A stretch of 41,544 nucleotides of DNA from an uncultured Hyphomicrobiales bacterium (GTDB lineage: Bacteria; Pseudomonadota; Alphaproteobacteria; Rhizobiales; JACESI01). The notes below the pieces were generated by a model that saw only the letters and a list, made by a program, of their open reading frames with translations, had not been told where the DNA came from and searched no databases. Both the position numbers and the translations under genes were made by a program. The DNA lies in contig CAZKKW010000004.1 of NCBI GenBank assembly GCA_964553335.1, positions 14,842 to 56,385 of the forward strand, given 5' to 3'. Positions 28,082 to 37,913 of this stretch are shown here, piece after piece (position 1 is the stretch's first letter; each line of letters opens with the position of its first letter).

Positions 28082-29917
28082 TTAAGCGTCCATTGCTTCC
28101 AATTGATCGATAAAGCCTTCGATTAACGACAGACCTTTTTGCCAAAAAGCTGGGTCAGCTGCATCAAGTCCGAATGGTGCAAGTAACTCGGAATGGTGTT
28201 TTGTACCGCCGGCTTTTAGAAGGTCGAAATATTTTTCCTGAAAACCATCTTCAGCGCCTTCGTAAACGGCATAAAGCGAGTTTACGAGGCAGTCACCGAA
28301 TGCATAGGCATAGACGTAAAATGGTGAATGGATGAAGTGCGGAATATAAGTCCAGAATGTCTCATAGCCTTCACCGCAGACGATTGCTGGGCCTAAGCTT
28401 TCTTTTTGAACACCCATCCAGATGTCACCAATTTGCTCTGACGTCAGCTCGCCTTCGCGCCGTGCTGTGTGGACACGTCGTTCAAAGGTGTAAAATGCGA
28501 TTTGGCGCACCACCGTGTTGAGCATGTCCTCAACCTTGGAGGCGAGCATGATTTTGCGCTCTTGCTTGTCTTCAATACCATCCAAGATAGAGCGGAAAGT
28601 GAGCATCTCACCAAACACGCTGGCCGTTTCTGCAAGCGTTAGCGGTGTGGGGGCCATTAAAGCCCCTTGTGGGCTTGCTAGCACTTGGTGCACGCCGTGG
28701 CCGAGCTCATGGGCAAGTGTCATCACATCACGAATTTTGCCTTGATAATTCATCAAAACATAAGGGTGGGCGCTTGGCACGGTTGGGTGGGAGAAAGCGC
28801 CGGGCGCTTTGCCTTCACGCACAGGTGCATCAATCCAACCCTTGTTGAAGAAGTCTGCTGCAATGTCGCGCATTTCAGGGGAGAAGGCGCCATAGGCTGA
28901 TAGGATCGTTTCTTGGGCGCTTTCCCATGTAATTGGTTTTGTTTCTTTGCGCGGGAGTGGTGCGTTGCGGTCCCAATGGTTCAAGGTTTCTTGACCGAGC
29001 CACTTTGCTTTGAGTTTATAGTAGCGATGAGAAAGGCGCGGGTAGGCGTCGCTCACGGCTTTTTCCAGCGCGTCAACGACCTCGCGTTCAACGCGGTTTG
29101 CAAGGTGGCGGCTATCTGCCACATCTTCAAAACCACGCCAGCGGTCAGAAATTTCATTGTCTTTTGCAAGTGTGTTGGTGATGAGTGTGAAAAGGCGCAG
29201 ATTTTCGCCAAACACTTTGGCAAGTGCATCAGATGCTTGCTTGCGCTTCGCCCCATCATCATTGACCAAAAGATTGAGCGTTTGTTCAAGAGCAAGGCTC
29301 GTGCCGTCAACGTCAAAGCGCAGAGCAGCCATTGTCTCGTCAAACAGTCGATTAAAAGCACCACGACCTGTGACAGATTTTTCGAGGAATAATTCCTCGG
29401 TTTTTTCATCCAGTTGGTAAGGTTTATCAAGGCGCAAATCTTCAAACCATGGGCGATAATAGGCAAGGCCCTCATGGGTCAGCGCTGATTCAATGATGTC
29501 ATCGTCAATGGTGTTGAGTTCGAGGCCAAAAAACAAAAGGTTCGAGCTAATCGTTGTGATTTGCTCATTCATATCGCCATAAAATTTGGCGCGCACTGGG
29601 TCTGATGTGTTGCTTGCATAAGACAGGCCTGCAAATGAACCGATACGGCCAAGACGGTCTTGTAAAGCTTCGAATTGTTTGATCGCGGTAAAAAGGTCAT
29701 CAGGAGAGTTTTTCGCAAACTCTTCGAGTTTTCCGCGATAGGTGGCCGCGAATTCTTCGGCCTCTTTGGTTGATAATTCTAAGTCCTTTTCTAACTCAGC
29801 GCTGCCAATCGCCGGATAAAGGTCGCTCAAGTCCCATTCTGGCAAATTACCTAAGTCGATCTCTTGTGCGGTGGCGGTGTTTTGAGAGTGAGCGGGGTGA
29901 GGCAGGGAAAAAGGCAC
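28082..29917 (-). CDS. pepF: M3B-family oligoendopeptidase F
   Basis: WDLSDLY, GK..GAF, TLAHELGHGVH zinc motif, LAETASVFGE, IPHF..PFYVYAY; GTG start with GGAG. Confidence 0.93.
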   Translation of the reverse strand: MPFSLPHPAHSQNTATAQEIDLGNLPEWDLSDLYPAIGSAELEKDLELSTKEAEEFAATYRGKLEEFAKNSPDDLFTAIKQFEALQDRLGRIGSFAGLSYASNTSDPVRAKFYGDMNEQITTISSNLLFFGLELNTIDDDIIESALTHEGLAYYRPWFEDLRLDKPYQLDEKTEELFLEKSVTGRGAFNRLFDETMAALRFDVDGTSLALEQTLNLLVNDDGAKRKQASDALAKVFGENLRLFTLITNTLAKDNEISDRWRGFEDVADSRHLANRVEREVVDALEKAVSDAYPRLSHRYYKLKAKWLGQETLNHWDRNAPLPRKETKPITWESAQETILSAYGAFSPEMRDIAADFFNKGWIDAPVREGKAPGAFSHPTVPSAHPYVLMNYQGKIRDVMTLAHELGHGVHQVLASPQGALMAPTPLTLAETASVFGEMLTFRSILDGIEDKQERKIMLASKVEDMLNTVVRQIAFYTFERRVHTARREGELTSEQIGDIWMGVQKESLGPAIVCGEGYETFWTYIPHFIHSPFYVYAYAFGDCLVNSLYAVYEGAEDGFQEKYFDLLKAGGTKHHSELLAPFGLDAADPAFWQKGLSLIEGFIDQLEAMDA

Positions 29918-30068
29918 TTTAATGTCTCCAAAATATTAATAGTTGAATCAATAAGGCGCTTGCCTAGAAACACAAGTGACAAAATAACAATTGTTTTTGG
30001 TCATGTTTCGAGATTGTCGCGGCTTGGATGTGAAAAAAATCCGCTTGTGCCGAAATGAAGCGCAAACA

Positions 30069-30084
30069 TTAAGAGCGCATTAAC
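30069..30084 (+). promoter_or_regulatory. CtrA-binding box (consensus)
   Basis: TTAA-gagcgca-TTAAC about 80 bp upstream of the sigma-54 activator, with GATTC (GANTC) at 30086-30090. Confidence 0.75.
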
Positions 30085-30164
30085 CGATTCACCCGCATTT
30101 TAGAGGGGGGCTTCGAAGGCTGCGATGCCTCTTTTTTGGAATTTGGACTAAGGTTTAGCGTTTT

Positions 30165-31679
30165 ATGAAAACGAAAATTCTGATCGTTGATGATGATCCG
30201 GTACAATTGCGTTTGCTCGATGGTGTTTTAACAAAATTTGGATGTGACGTAATCTCCGCAAGTGGTGGGGAAGAAGCGCTGTCTATGCTTGAAGAACATG
30301 ATGTGGATGTGGTGGTGCTTGATCTTGTTATGCCTGACGTTGATGGCATGACCGTTTTAGAACGCAAACGAAAAGCTGGCAATCATGTCCCTGTTATCGT
30401 GCAGACATCACAAGGTGGTATTGATACAGTTGTGAGTGCCATGCGTGCGGGTGCCCATGATTTTGTGGTTAAACCGTTTTCACCAGAACGCCTTAATGTT
30501 TCCATTCAAAATGCATTAAAAATCAACGCGCTAGAAACTGAGTTGCAGCGTGCTAAGCGAACCATTTCCGGTAAGCTAACCTTTAAGGATATGATCACAT
30601 CTAGCCCGCGTATGCATCGGGTGATTGATTTGGGTGAGCGGGCAGCTTCGTCCAATATTCCGATTTTACTGGAAGGTGAATCGGGTGTTGGTAAAGAGAT
30701 GATGGCGCGGGCCATTCAAGGCTCTTCCAATCGTCAATCGAAACCATTTGTCACGGTTAACTGTGGTGCCATTCCTGAAAACTTAGTCGAGTCCATTCTG
30801 TTTGGGCATGAAAAAGGCGCATTTACAGGTGCTGTTGAGAAACAGATTGGTAAGTTTCAAGAAGCCAATGGCGGCACGCTATTTCTGGATGAAGTTGGTG
30901 AGTTGCCGCTTGATGTTCAGGTGAAGTTGCTGCGCGCGATCCAAGAAGGTGAAGTTGACCCTGTTGGTGCAAGGGCGCCAGTGAAGGTTGATATTCGCAT
31001 TATTTCCGCCACCAATCGCAGCTTGCTTGATATGGTGAAAGAAGGCGCTTTTCGTGAAGACCTTTATTATCGATTGAATGTGTTTCCAATCACTATCCCG
31101 CCTTTGCGTGATCATGTCGAAGACATTCCAGAACTTGCCCGCCATTTTACAACGCGATTTGCCGTGGAAGAAGGGCGGCGCCATATTCGCGGTTTAACCA
31201 AACATGCGATTGAAATGTTGATGGCATATCCATGGCCTGGCAATATTCGGCAGTTGGAAAATGCTGTTTTTCGTGCAGTGGTGCTTTGCGATGAGGCGGA
31301 ACTAACGCCTGCCGAATTTCCACAAATTGCCACCGTTGTTGATGGCAATGCAGATCGAGCCATGCCAGATCCACTGCCGACAATGCCACAAACCTTGTCG
31401 ATGTCGGATCTCCATCGTTTTGATGATCCGAACATGATCGGCGCTCATGAAGGTTTTTCAAGCAGTGTTGAAGATGAGCAAGATGCCGCAATGCATTTGA
31501 TGGATGTGACCGATAATGTGCGTCCATTGGATGAGCTGGAAGCGGAAATTATCGAGACCGCGGTGCGTCATTATGGCGGACAAATGTCGGAAGTTGCCCG
31601 TCGCCTAGGAATTGGACGTTCAACACTCTATCGAAAAATCAAGGAATACGACATTGATGTCGATGTGAATGCGGCCTGA
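30165..31679 (+). CDS. tacA: Sigma-54-dependent response regulator (REC-AAA+-Fis HTH), TacA-like
   Basis: Receiver domain, Walker A GESGVGKE, GAFTGA, FLDEVG, WPGNIRQL, LGIGRSTLYRK. The tacA assignment is inferred from the CtrA box and the position divergent from pepF. Confidence 0.75.
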   Translation: MKTKILIVDDDPVQLRLLDGVLTKFGCDVISASGGEEALSMLEEHDVDVVVLDLVMPDVDGMTVLERKRKAGNHVPVIVQTSQGGIDTVVSAMRAGAHDFVVKPFSPERLNVSIQNALKINALETELQRAKRTISGKLTFKDMITSSPRMHRVIDLGERAASSNIPILLEGESGVGKEMMARAIQGSSNRQSKPFVTVNCGAIPENLVESILFGHEKGAFTGAVEKQIGKFQEANGGTLFLDEVGELPLDVQVKLLRAIQEGEVDPVGARAPVKVDIRIISATNRSLLDMVKEGAFREDLYYRLNVFPITIPPLRDHVEDIPELARHFTTRFAVEEGRRHIRGLTKHAIEMLMAYPWPGNIRQLENAVFRAVVLCDEAELTPAEFPQIATVVDGNADRAMPDPLPTMPQTLSMSDLHRFDDPNMIGAHEGFSSSVEDEQDAAMHLMDVTDNVRPLDELEAEIIETAVRHYGGQMSEVARRLGIGRSTLYRKIKEYDIDVDVNAA

Positions 31680-31829
31680 ATGCTTCATCTTCATGCAATT
31701 TTACCTAAATTTGCTGTTTTTTAGGGAATTCAGTGTAAAAACTGAAACATAAAAACCACATTGGGTTATAACTAGAACGAATCACGTGTTTTTGTGTTGT
31801 CTAAAGTGTGGAATTTTTGTTTCTAAGCT

Positions 31830-33650
31830 GTGAAATCGAAACAAGGTCTAAATTGGATGATTCTAAAACGTTTTTTGCTTGTTAGCACCGCACTTGCCAT
31901 GACCGCTACAGTGGTTTTGACAAATGACGTGGACGCGCAGTCTTCCGAGACCTTAGAGGAAACAAAGCTCGCAGCTTTGACAGGGGCTGAAAGTACGCTT
32001 GCTCAACCAGAGCTGTTGAAGGTACAAAAACACGCAACCCTTTCGACACCACTTTCTGATACCGATAAACTGCTCAATAATGCGCCTGAAGCTGATAATG
32101 CGCCTGAAACTGGTGATGTGGATGCTTTCATACCTGAGACGGCTGCTAATGATGCTGTCGCTGTGGCGATTGAGAGCATTGTCGGCGAACTCTACAATAC
32201 AGGTGATGCTGTTGATCGCAAAAATCGCGAAGCAATTGCCGATTTTTATGGTGAGCGCGGTTACCAACCTGTTTGGGTTAAAGACGGTGTTTTAACGCAA
32301 GAAGCCAATCTTTTGATTGAGCGGCTTAATGATGCTGCCATCGATGGTTTGGATCCATCTGACTATCCCGTTTATGAGCTTGATGGCTTTGAAGATGCTG
32401 ATTCAGTTGCAGGCGCGGAAATGCAATTGACGGAGACGCTTCTTAAATATGCTCGCCACGCACAAGGTGGCCGATTGATCCCAAGCAAAGTAAGCAACGG
32501 TTTTAAAAATAAGCCCGTTTACCCAGAGCCTGCGGAAGTATTGGTGAAGATTGCAAACAGTGTCGACAAAGTCGCGGCCCTGTCTAGCTACAATCCTCCG
32601 CATAAGGGTTTTAAGGCACTAAAAGCAGAACTTGCACGGTTGCAAGCGGCAACTGCCGTTGAGCCTAATGTCATCATTCCCGCTGGGGACACCCTTTATA
32701 AAGGTGTGCGCAGTGACCGCGTTGCTATATTGCGCGAGCGATTGAATGTGCCGGTGATTAACAACGAAGATCCGAGAAAATTCGACAAGCCGCTTCAAGC
32801 GGCAGTTCGTGCTTTCCAAAAAGAACATCATCTTGTTGCTGACGCTGTTGTCGGCGCAAAGACGTTGAGGTTTTTGAACGGCAAAACGAGCAATCGGGTC
32901 CATGACATTGTCGCAAATATGGAACGCTGGCGTTGGTTGCCGCGTGACATGGGCAATTTGCATGTTGTGTCGAATATTCCTTCTTATAATGCGACCGTTT
33001 ATAAGAATGGCGAGAATATTCACCGCACCCGCGTGGTGGTTGGTAAAACCAAACACGCCACACCAATCTTTTCAGACCACATGGAATTTGTGGTCGTGAA
33101 TCCACATTGGAATGTGCCGTATTCAATCGCTTCTAAAGAGCTGTTGCCGAAGATTAGATCCAACCCATCCTATGTGAGTAGCCGCAATTACGAAATTCTT
33201 CGTGGTGGACGTGTGGTTGATCCAACATCGGTCAATTGGGATGAAAACAGTTTCAGGAAAGTGCGTATTCGCCAGAAACCGGGTGGCCGTAATGCGCTTG
33301 GTCTTGTGAAGTTCTTGTTCCCGAATGAACATGCGATTTATTTCCACGATACGCCGTCAAAAAGCCTTTTCCAACGTGTCTCACGGGCCTACAGCCACGG
33401 GTGTGTGCGCATTCATAACCCATTTAAATTTGGCGATGTGTTGATGAAACATGCAAAAGGTTGGGATAACGGCCGTTTGCGCTCAATGGTTGGTGGTAGA
33501 GAAAAGTACATTAAGCTCAAAGGTGATGAGCGCATTCAAGTGCACTTAACCTACTTCACGGCTGTTGCTGATGAAGATGGAAAAATCTCATATAAATCAG
33601 ATCTTTATGGACACCATAAGCGTGTAAAACGTGCGCTTGGGCTTCTGTAA
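31830..33650 (+). CDS. L,D-transpeptidase (YcbB/LdtD-type: scaffold, peptidoglycan-binding and YkuD domains)
   Basis: Signal peptide, DGLDP.DY, AVRAFQ..H.L..D..VG, NMERWRW, NALG.VKF.FPN, HDT..SHGCVR; alternative start ATG 31857. Confidence 0.93.
   Translation: MKSKQGLNWMILKRFLLVSTALAMTATVVLTNDVDAQSSETLEETKLAALTGAESTLAQPELLKVQKHATLSTPLSDTDKLLNNAPEADNAPETGDVDAFIPETAANDAVAVAIESIVGELYNTGDAVDRKNREAIADFYGERGYQPVWVKDGVLTQEANLLIERLNDAAIDGLDPSDYPVYELDGFEDADSVAGAEMQLTETLLKYARHAQGGRLIPSKVSNGFKNKPVYPEPAEVLVKIANSVDKVAALSSYNPPHKGFKALKAELARLQAATAVEPNVIIPAGDTLYKGVRSDRVAILRERLNVPVINNEDPRKFDKPLQAAVRAFQKEHHLVADAVVGAKTLRFLNGKTSNRVHDIVANMERWRWLPRDMGNLHVVSNIPSYNATVYKNGENIHRTRVVVGKTKHATPIFSDHMEFVVVNPHWNVPYSIASKELLPKIRSNPSYVSSRNYEILRGGRVVDPTSVNWDENSFRKVRIRQKPGGRNALGLVKFLFPNEHAIYFHDTPSKSLFQRVSRAYSHGCVRIHNPFKFGDVLMKHAKGWDNGRLRSMVGGREKYIKLKGDERIQVHLTYFTAVADEDGKISYKSDLYGHHKRVKRALGLL
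32077..32108 (+). repeat. Short in-frame tandem duplication in the L,D-transpeptidase linker
   Basis: ATAATGCGCCTGAA twice with an 18-nt period (NNAPEA/DNAPET). Confidence 0.6.
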
Positions 33651-33697
33651 AACTTTATTTTAAGACCCGTTTTTACTGGTTGAATCCGGTTTCATTG

Positions 33698-33822
33698 TTA
33701 ATCTTTGATTAGCCATGATTGATGAGATTTGATCAATTGTGATGTGCTGCCCCAATCTTGTCATAGTCAAAGATCAAAAGAAGGTGGAACAATGAGGCAT
33801 TTCTTGGTAAATGTCTGTTAAC
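33698..33822. promoter_or_regulatory. Two near-consensus CtrA boxes upstream of the DUF882 gene
   Basis: TTAA-tctttga-TTAGC (33698-33713) and GTAA-atgtctg-TTAAC (33807-33822), one mismatch each; GAATC at 33682. Confidence 0.55.
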
Positions 33823-33908
33823 GCTAAACACCGATAATAGAAACTGGGGAAGCTGAAGTTGTGCTAAGTATCGGTGTAGGAACAACGCTTTTGAGAAACA
33901 ACATTGTA

Positions 33909-36092
33909 ATGAATTTTGCGCAGCGCGCATTTGCGCGGGCTCTTGGTAAATCAAAAGCGGTGAAAAGATTGGCGAACGCCACGCTTTCCGCAGCGCTTAG
34001 CATTGGCGTATTGGTTGCTCCAATTCCGTATCAAGGTGTTAGTGAAGCGAATGCCGCTGGCGGCACGCGTACCCTTTGGGTTCATTTTACCCATACGGGT
34101 GAAGAGAAAAAGATCACCTTCCGTCGCAATGGCCGTTATGTCCAAAAAGGCCTTAGAGAGCTTGAGTGGATTGTGAGAGATTTCCGCCGTAAGCAATCGA
34201 CGAAGATGGACCCACGCTTGTTTGACCTGATCTGGTCTGTCTATCAAGAGTCAGGCGCCACAAAAGCGATCCGTGTTGTTTCTGGTTATCGTTCTTTGAA
34301 AACAAACAATCAACTTCGTCGTCGCTCACGCGGTGTTGCAAGAACCAGCCAACATACAGCTGGTAAAGCGATGGATTTCTTCATCCCAGGCGTGCCTGTT
34401 CGCCGATTGCGTGAAATTGGTCTGCGTCTCCAGGCCGGAGGTGTTGGCTATTATCCTGGTTCAAGAACACCTTTCGTGCATATGGATACGGGACGTGTGC
34501 GCCATTGGCCGCGCATGACACCCAAACAGCTTGCGCGTGTTTTCCCGAAAGGCAAAACGCTGCACGTGTCAACAAATGGCCGCAAGCTTGCTCGTTATTC
34601 ACAAGCGCTTGCTGAATATAATGCGAATAAGAAGCGCGTCATTCAGCCGTTGAGCAAATCGAAACGCACAGTCATCGCCTCTGCTTCTAAGAAAAAGAAG
34701 AAAAATGGTGGCGTCCTTGCTGGTCTGTTTGGCAAGAAGAAAAACACTGCAGTGACAGCCACGGCGGAAAAACCAATTGTTGTAGCTGCGAAGGTGCGTA
34801 AGAAACCTGCGCCAGCGAAAAAGGTGCCGGTTCCTGTGAAAAGGGCACCAACGCCTGAGCAAAAAGTTCCAGCGACAACGCCAGCCGTTATTGCAAATAG
34901 GCTTGATCCAAATGATACAACGCCGATCCCATCCCGTGTTGGTCGTGTTGATGAACCACCAAAAGCAACGCAACAAGCAACTTCAAAACCAGTTGGTGCG
35001 CCGTTAGCGCTTGCTGCTGCCAATGTGCCTGCACCGCGTGCTTTGCCAAGCGGACTGCGTGAACAATTTGCACCGCCTTCTGCCATTGTGATTGCCAAAG
35101 CACCAACACCGCAACTGCGTCCTGATTATGCGCCAACAAACTTAGAAGTTGGTCAACCTCAAGTGATCGCAGCTAATATCGCACCTAGTGCAAATGAAAG
35201 CTCAGTTGCGATTGATCCGACGAAAACGGCAGCTCTTACGCGCGAAAGCTTTAAAGTGCCGACGCCGGAAGTTGTTAGAAATCGTCTAGGCAGTGCGAGT
35301 GACCCGACCCAATTGGTTTTGAATGAAACACCTAGAAAGAAGCCTGAGCTTGCTCAACCGGCAACGCCGACGCTTGCCTATGCTGTTGCAAATCCACCTG
35401 CAGCTCGCATAAGCGCAGATTCGTTTAATGATCGCTTTGGAAGCTTTAATGCTGACATTCGTTCCGGCAATTTACCACCTGTAAAACCTGCCGCTGAGAC
35501 AAAGAAGATTGCGAAAGTTAAAGCCGCGCCGAAAGCCAAAGAAGCGCCTAAGGAAGAGTTTAATCGCTTTGCAGCATTTGATGAAGTGACGCCAGCGGCA
35601 ACTGTGACATTGAAAGGTTTGGACCTTGGTGAATCGAGCCGTAGTTTAGCTCTTCGCAAATCACTGGGTGTGCCTGATACGGTGGAGCTTCGCAAAAAAC
35701 TGCTTAAGACGCAGCATGCGAACCTTACACCGCCAGCGCCAATTCCGACTCCTCGTCGAACAAACCCCGCTCCTACGAACCCTGTTAAATTAGCTGAATC
35801 GTTGACAGACACAGCGGCAAAATTGGATTTTTCTGGTGAGCACAAGCAGATCGTAACGGCGCTTCTTGCAAAAGCCTCATTGCTTGACGAAACGCACAGC
35901 AAGTTGGCATTACCAAAGCCGAACAAGATGCCAAGCTTGTTTGTTAGTCCAAGCCGTACCTTCAAAGGTGCATTCACGGTTGCATCTAGCAAAGGCTTTG
36001 AGACGAAGTTTGAGGGTGATGCAATCGCGATCACACCAACGGTTGATTTCAGTGCGGGCACGGGCCTAAAAGTTACTTGGTTACAAAACTAA
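33909..36092 (+). CDS. DUF882/YcbK (MepK-like, peptidase M15) protein with a long low-complexity C-terminal extension
   Basis: MDPRLFD, SGYRS..TN, SQH..GKAMDF, GGVGYYP, FVHMDTG..R.W. Start uncertain (33861 or 33909). Confidence 0.88.
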   Translation: MNFAQRAFARALGKSKAVKRLANATLSAALSIGVLVAPIPYQGVSEANAAGGTRTLWVHFTHTGEEKKITFRRNGRYVQKGLRELEWIVRDFRRKQSTKMDPRLFDLIWSVYQESGATKAIRVVSGYRSLKTNNQLRRRSRGVARTSQHTAGKAMDFFIPGVPVRRLREIGLRLQAGGVGYYPGSRTPFVHMDTGRVRHWPRMTPKQLARVFPKGKTLHVSTNGRKLARYSQALAEYNANKKRVIQPLSKSKRTVIASASKKKKKNGGVLAGLFGKKKNTAVTATAEKPIVVAAKVRKKPAPAKKVPVPVKRAPTPEQKVPATTPAVIANRLDPNDTTPIPSRVGRVDEPPKATQQATSKPVGAPLALAAANVPAPRALPSGLREQFAPPSAIVIAKAPTPQLRPDYAPTNLEVGQPQVIAANIAPSANESSVAIDPTKTAALTRESFKVPTPEVVRNRLGSASDPTQLVLNETPRKKPELAQPATPTLAYAVANPPAARISADSFNDRFGSFNADIRSGNLPPVKPAAETKKIAKVKAAPKAKEAPKEEFNRFAAFDEVTPAATVTLKGLDLGESSRSLALRKSLGVPDTVELRKKLLKTQHANLTPPAPIPTPRRTNPAPTNPVKLAESLTDTAAKLDFSGEHKQIVTALLAKASLLDETHSKLALPKPNKMPSLFVSPSRTFKGAFTVASSKGFETKFEGDAIAITPTVDFSAGTGLKVTWLQN

Positions 36093-36119
36093 GCCGAATG
36101 CTTTTTATATTTTGAGACG

Positions 36120-36150
36120 AAAAAACCGACGGTGAACCGTCGGTTTTTTT
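36120..36150. terminator. Bidirectional intrinsic terminator
   Basis: AAAAAA-CCGACGG-tgaa-CCGTCGG-TTTTTTT. Confidence 0.93.
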
Positions 36151-36181
36151 ATGCGTTTTTATGGGTTTGTTTTCGGGGTCG

Positions 36182-36451
36182 CTATTCGTCGTCACTTGAT
36201 GACGGGGCAACCATGCCAAGGGCGTGCATATAAAGATCAAGCATTGCTTCTTGCTCTTGGCGTTCAGCCGTTTCTACTTTGCGAAGCGTGACGATTTTGC
36301 GAAGTGTTTTGGTGTCATAACCGTTTGCTTTAGCTTCTGCATAAACTTCTTTTACGTCGTCAGCGATGGCTTTTTTTTCTTCTTCAAGCCGTTCAATGCG
36401 CTCTACGATGGTGCGAAGTTGATCTGCTGCGACGCCGCCAATATCTGACAT
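36182..36451 (-). CDS. gapR: Nucleoid-associated protein GapR (DUF2312/UPF0335)
   Basis: [46 protein letters not shown]. Confidence 0.93.
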   Translation of the reverse strand: MSDIGGVAADQLRTIVERIERLEEEKKAIADDVKEVYAEAKANGYDTKTLRKIVTLRKVETAERQEQEAMLDLYMHALGMVAPSSSDDE

Positions 36452-36549
36452 ACTGTTACCTTTTGACTTTGTATAAATTGTGAGACCTTGGGGTGCCAGA
36501 ACAGGCTGGCTTGGTCAATAGATTGTTGCGGTTGTTACCGCTGAGTGCG

Positions 36550-36855
36550 TCAATGCTGTGGAGGATTGGCTTTAAAAGTGGCCTTTTGCTCTGCTGTTGC
36601 CTCCGTTTGATATTTATCGCGCCATTCTGAATAGGGCATGCCGTAGACAACCTCGCGCGATGCTTCTTTGTCCATCTCAATGCCTTGTTCAGCGGCGGCT
36701 TCACCGTACCAGCGCGACAAGCAGTTGCGACAAAAGCCGGAGAGGTTCATCAAATCAATGTTTTGAACATCGGTGCGTTCGCGAAAATGGGCGACAAGCC
36801 TGCGAAAGGCTGCAGCTTCCAGTTCCGTTTGTGTTTTTTCATCAATTTTTGACAT
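36550..36855 (-). CDS. DUF1244 family protein
   Basis: ELEAAAFRRL..H...R.DVQNIDLMNL.GFCRNCL..WY, VYGMPY.EW; start at MSKIDE with AGGA ribosome-binding site. Confidence 0.9.
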   Translation of the reverse strand: MSKIDEKTQTELEAAAFRRLVAHFRERTDVQNIDLMNLSGFCRNCLSRWYGEAAAEQGIEMDKEASREVVYGMPYSEWRDKYQTEATAEQKATFKANPPQH

Positions 36856-36930
36856 CGTGTGTTCCTGCGTTTGTTTGCGCCAGTTTAGGAAATGGTAAAG
36901 CGCCATGCAACGATACTTTGCGTGATTGAC

Positions 36931-37734
36931 TTACCGTTCTGTTCTGGATGGGTAGAAAGTGTGTTCACCTAAAATTGGGTTGTTGAATTGCTCTTTTAAG
37001 AGTGGAGCTAGTCGTTCTGCCCATTCCTCTGCCCCTTTACGGTCTGCAATCAAATCTTGCCGTAACTCAACCAAAGCATGGGCGCGGCCCCTCTTTGTAC
37101 CGTGTTGGAACATACAATCATTTTTCAAGGCGCCGTCATAAGGAACATTATCGCCAACTGTAAGCGCGGGGTCTGCTCTTAATCCTTCAAGCAGTGGTTT
37201 TGGCAACCTTGGATCGCTATCCCACAAAATTGTGATCTCCCAAGGGCGAGGCGTGCCGCGCCAATTGGGGGTGAAGGAGTGAACGGAAAAAATGAAGGCT
37301 GCTTGCCCATCCCTTGCCGTTTCAATGGCGAGTAGTTCATCGTCTATTTGTTGATGATAGGGCGCGTGATAAAGCCGCCGGCGTTTTTCAACCTCTGCAC
37401 TGTCAGCTTTTGCATTTTCTGGGATCAATGCCCCATCAGAAATGCGCATCATCAAAGTTGGATCATCATGGCCACGGTTGGGATCAATCAGCAACCGTGA
37501 GAAATTTGATAAAACCGCAGGCACATCAAGGGCTTTTGCAAGGGCCAGCGTGACGTCTTGAGCGCCAATATCGTAAGCGATGTGACGTGATAATTGATCT
37601 TCACCCAACCCCAGCTTGTTATAAGCAGGCGGTATGGTTGCTGTGGCATGATCGCAAATGAGCAAAAGGCCTTTTTTGCGATCACCGCGAACGTGAGTGA
37701 AGGGAGAATAATTTTTTGTCGTCGCTGAGGTCAT
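36931..37734 (-). CDS. N-formylglutamate amidohydrolase family protein
   Basis: CDHA, HIAYDIGA, SRLLIDPNR, HSFTP, GDN.PY, ELRQDL. Confidence 0.9.
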   Translation of the reverse strand: MTSATTKNYSPFTHVRGDRKKGLLLICDHATATIPPAYNKLGLGEDQLSRHIAYDIGAQDVTLALAKALDVPAVLSNFSRLLIDPNRGHDDPTLMMRISDGALIPENAKADSAEVEKRRRLYHAPYHQQIDDELLAIETARDGQAAFIFSVHSFTPNWRGTPRPWEITILWDSDPRLPKPLLEGLRADPALTVGDNVPYDGALKNDCMFQHGTKRGRAHALVELRQDLIADRKGAEEWAERLAPLLKEQFNNPILGEHTFYPSRTER

Positions 37735-37913
37735 TGAAAGTCGAAAAGTTGAATAATTGCTGTTATATTTCCTTATCAGCTTCTTTGTTTTGCTGCATTA
37801 GCATTCAACTAGATGGTTGAACAACTTTGACAGCTATTGTGTGAGCGTTGACAAGGCTGAGCCTCGCAGCAATACATAGGTTTAACGATAAACGAATCGA
37901 TTTTATTCGACAC

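Noticed and set aside
33719-33736. FNR/FixK-like TTGAT...ATCAA
   Set aside because: Spacer is 8 nt rather than 4
34599-36061. Several long minus-strand ORFs (up to 227 aa)
   Set aside because: Antisense to the low-complexity tail of the DUF882 gene, whose codon bias suppresses stops on the opposite strand
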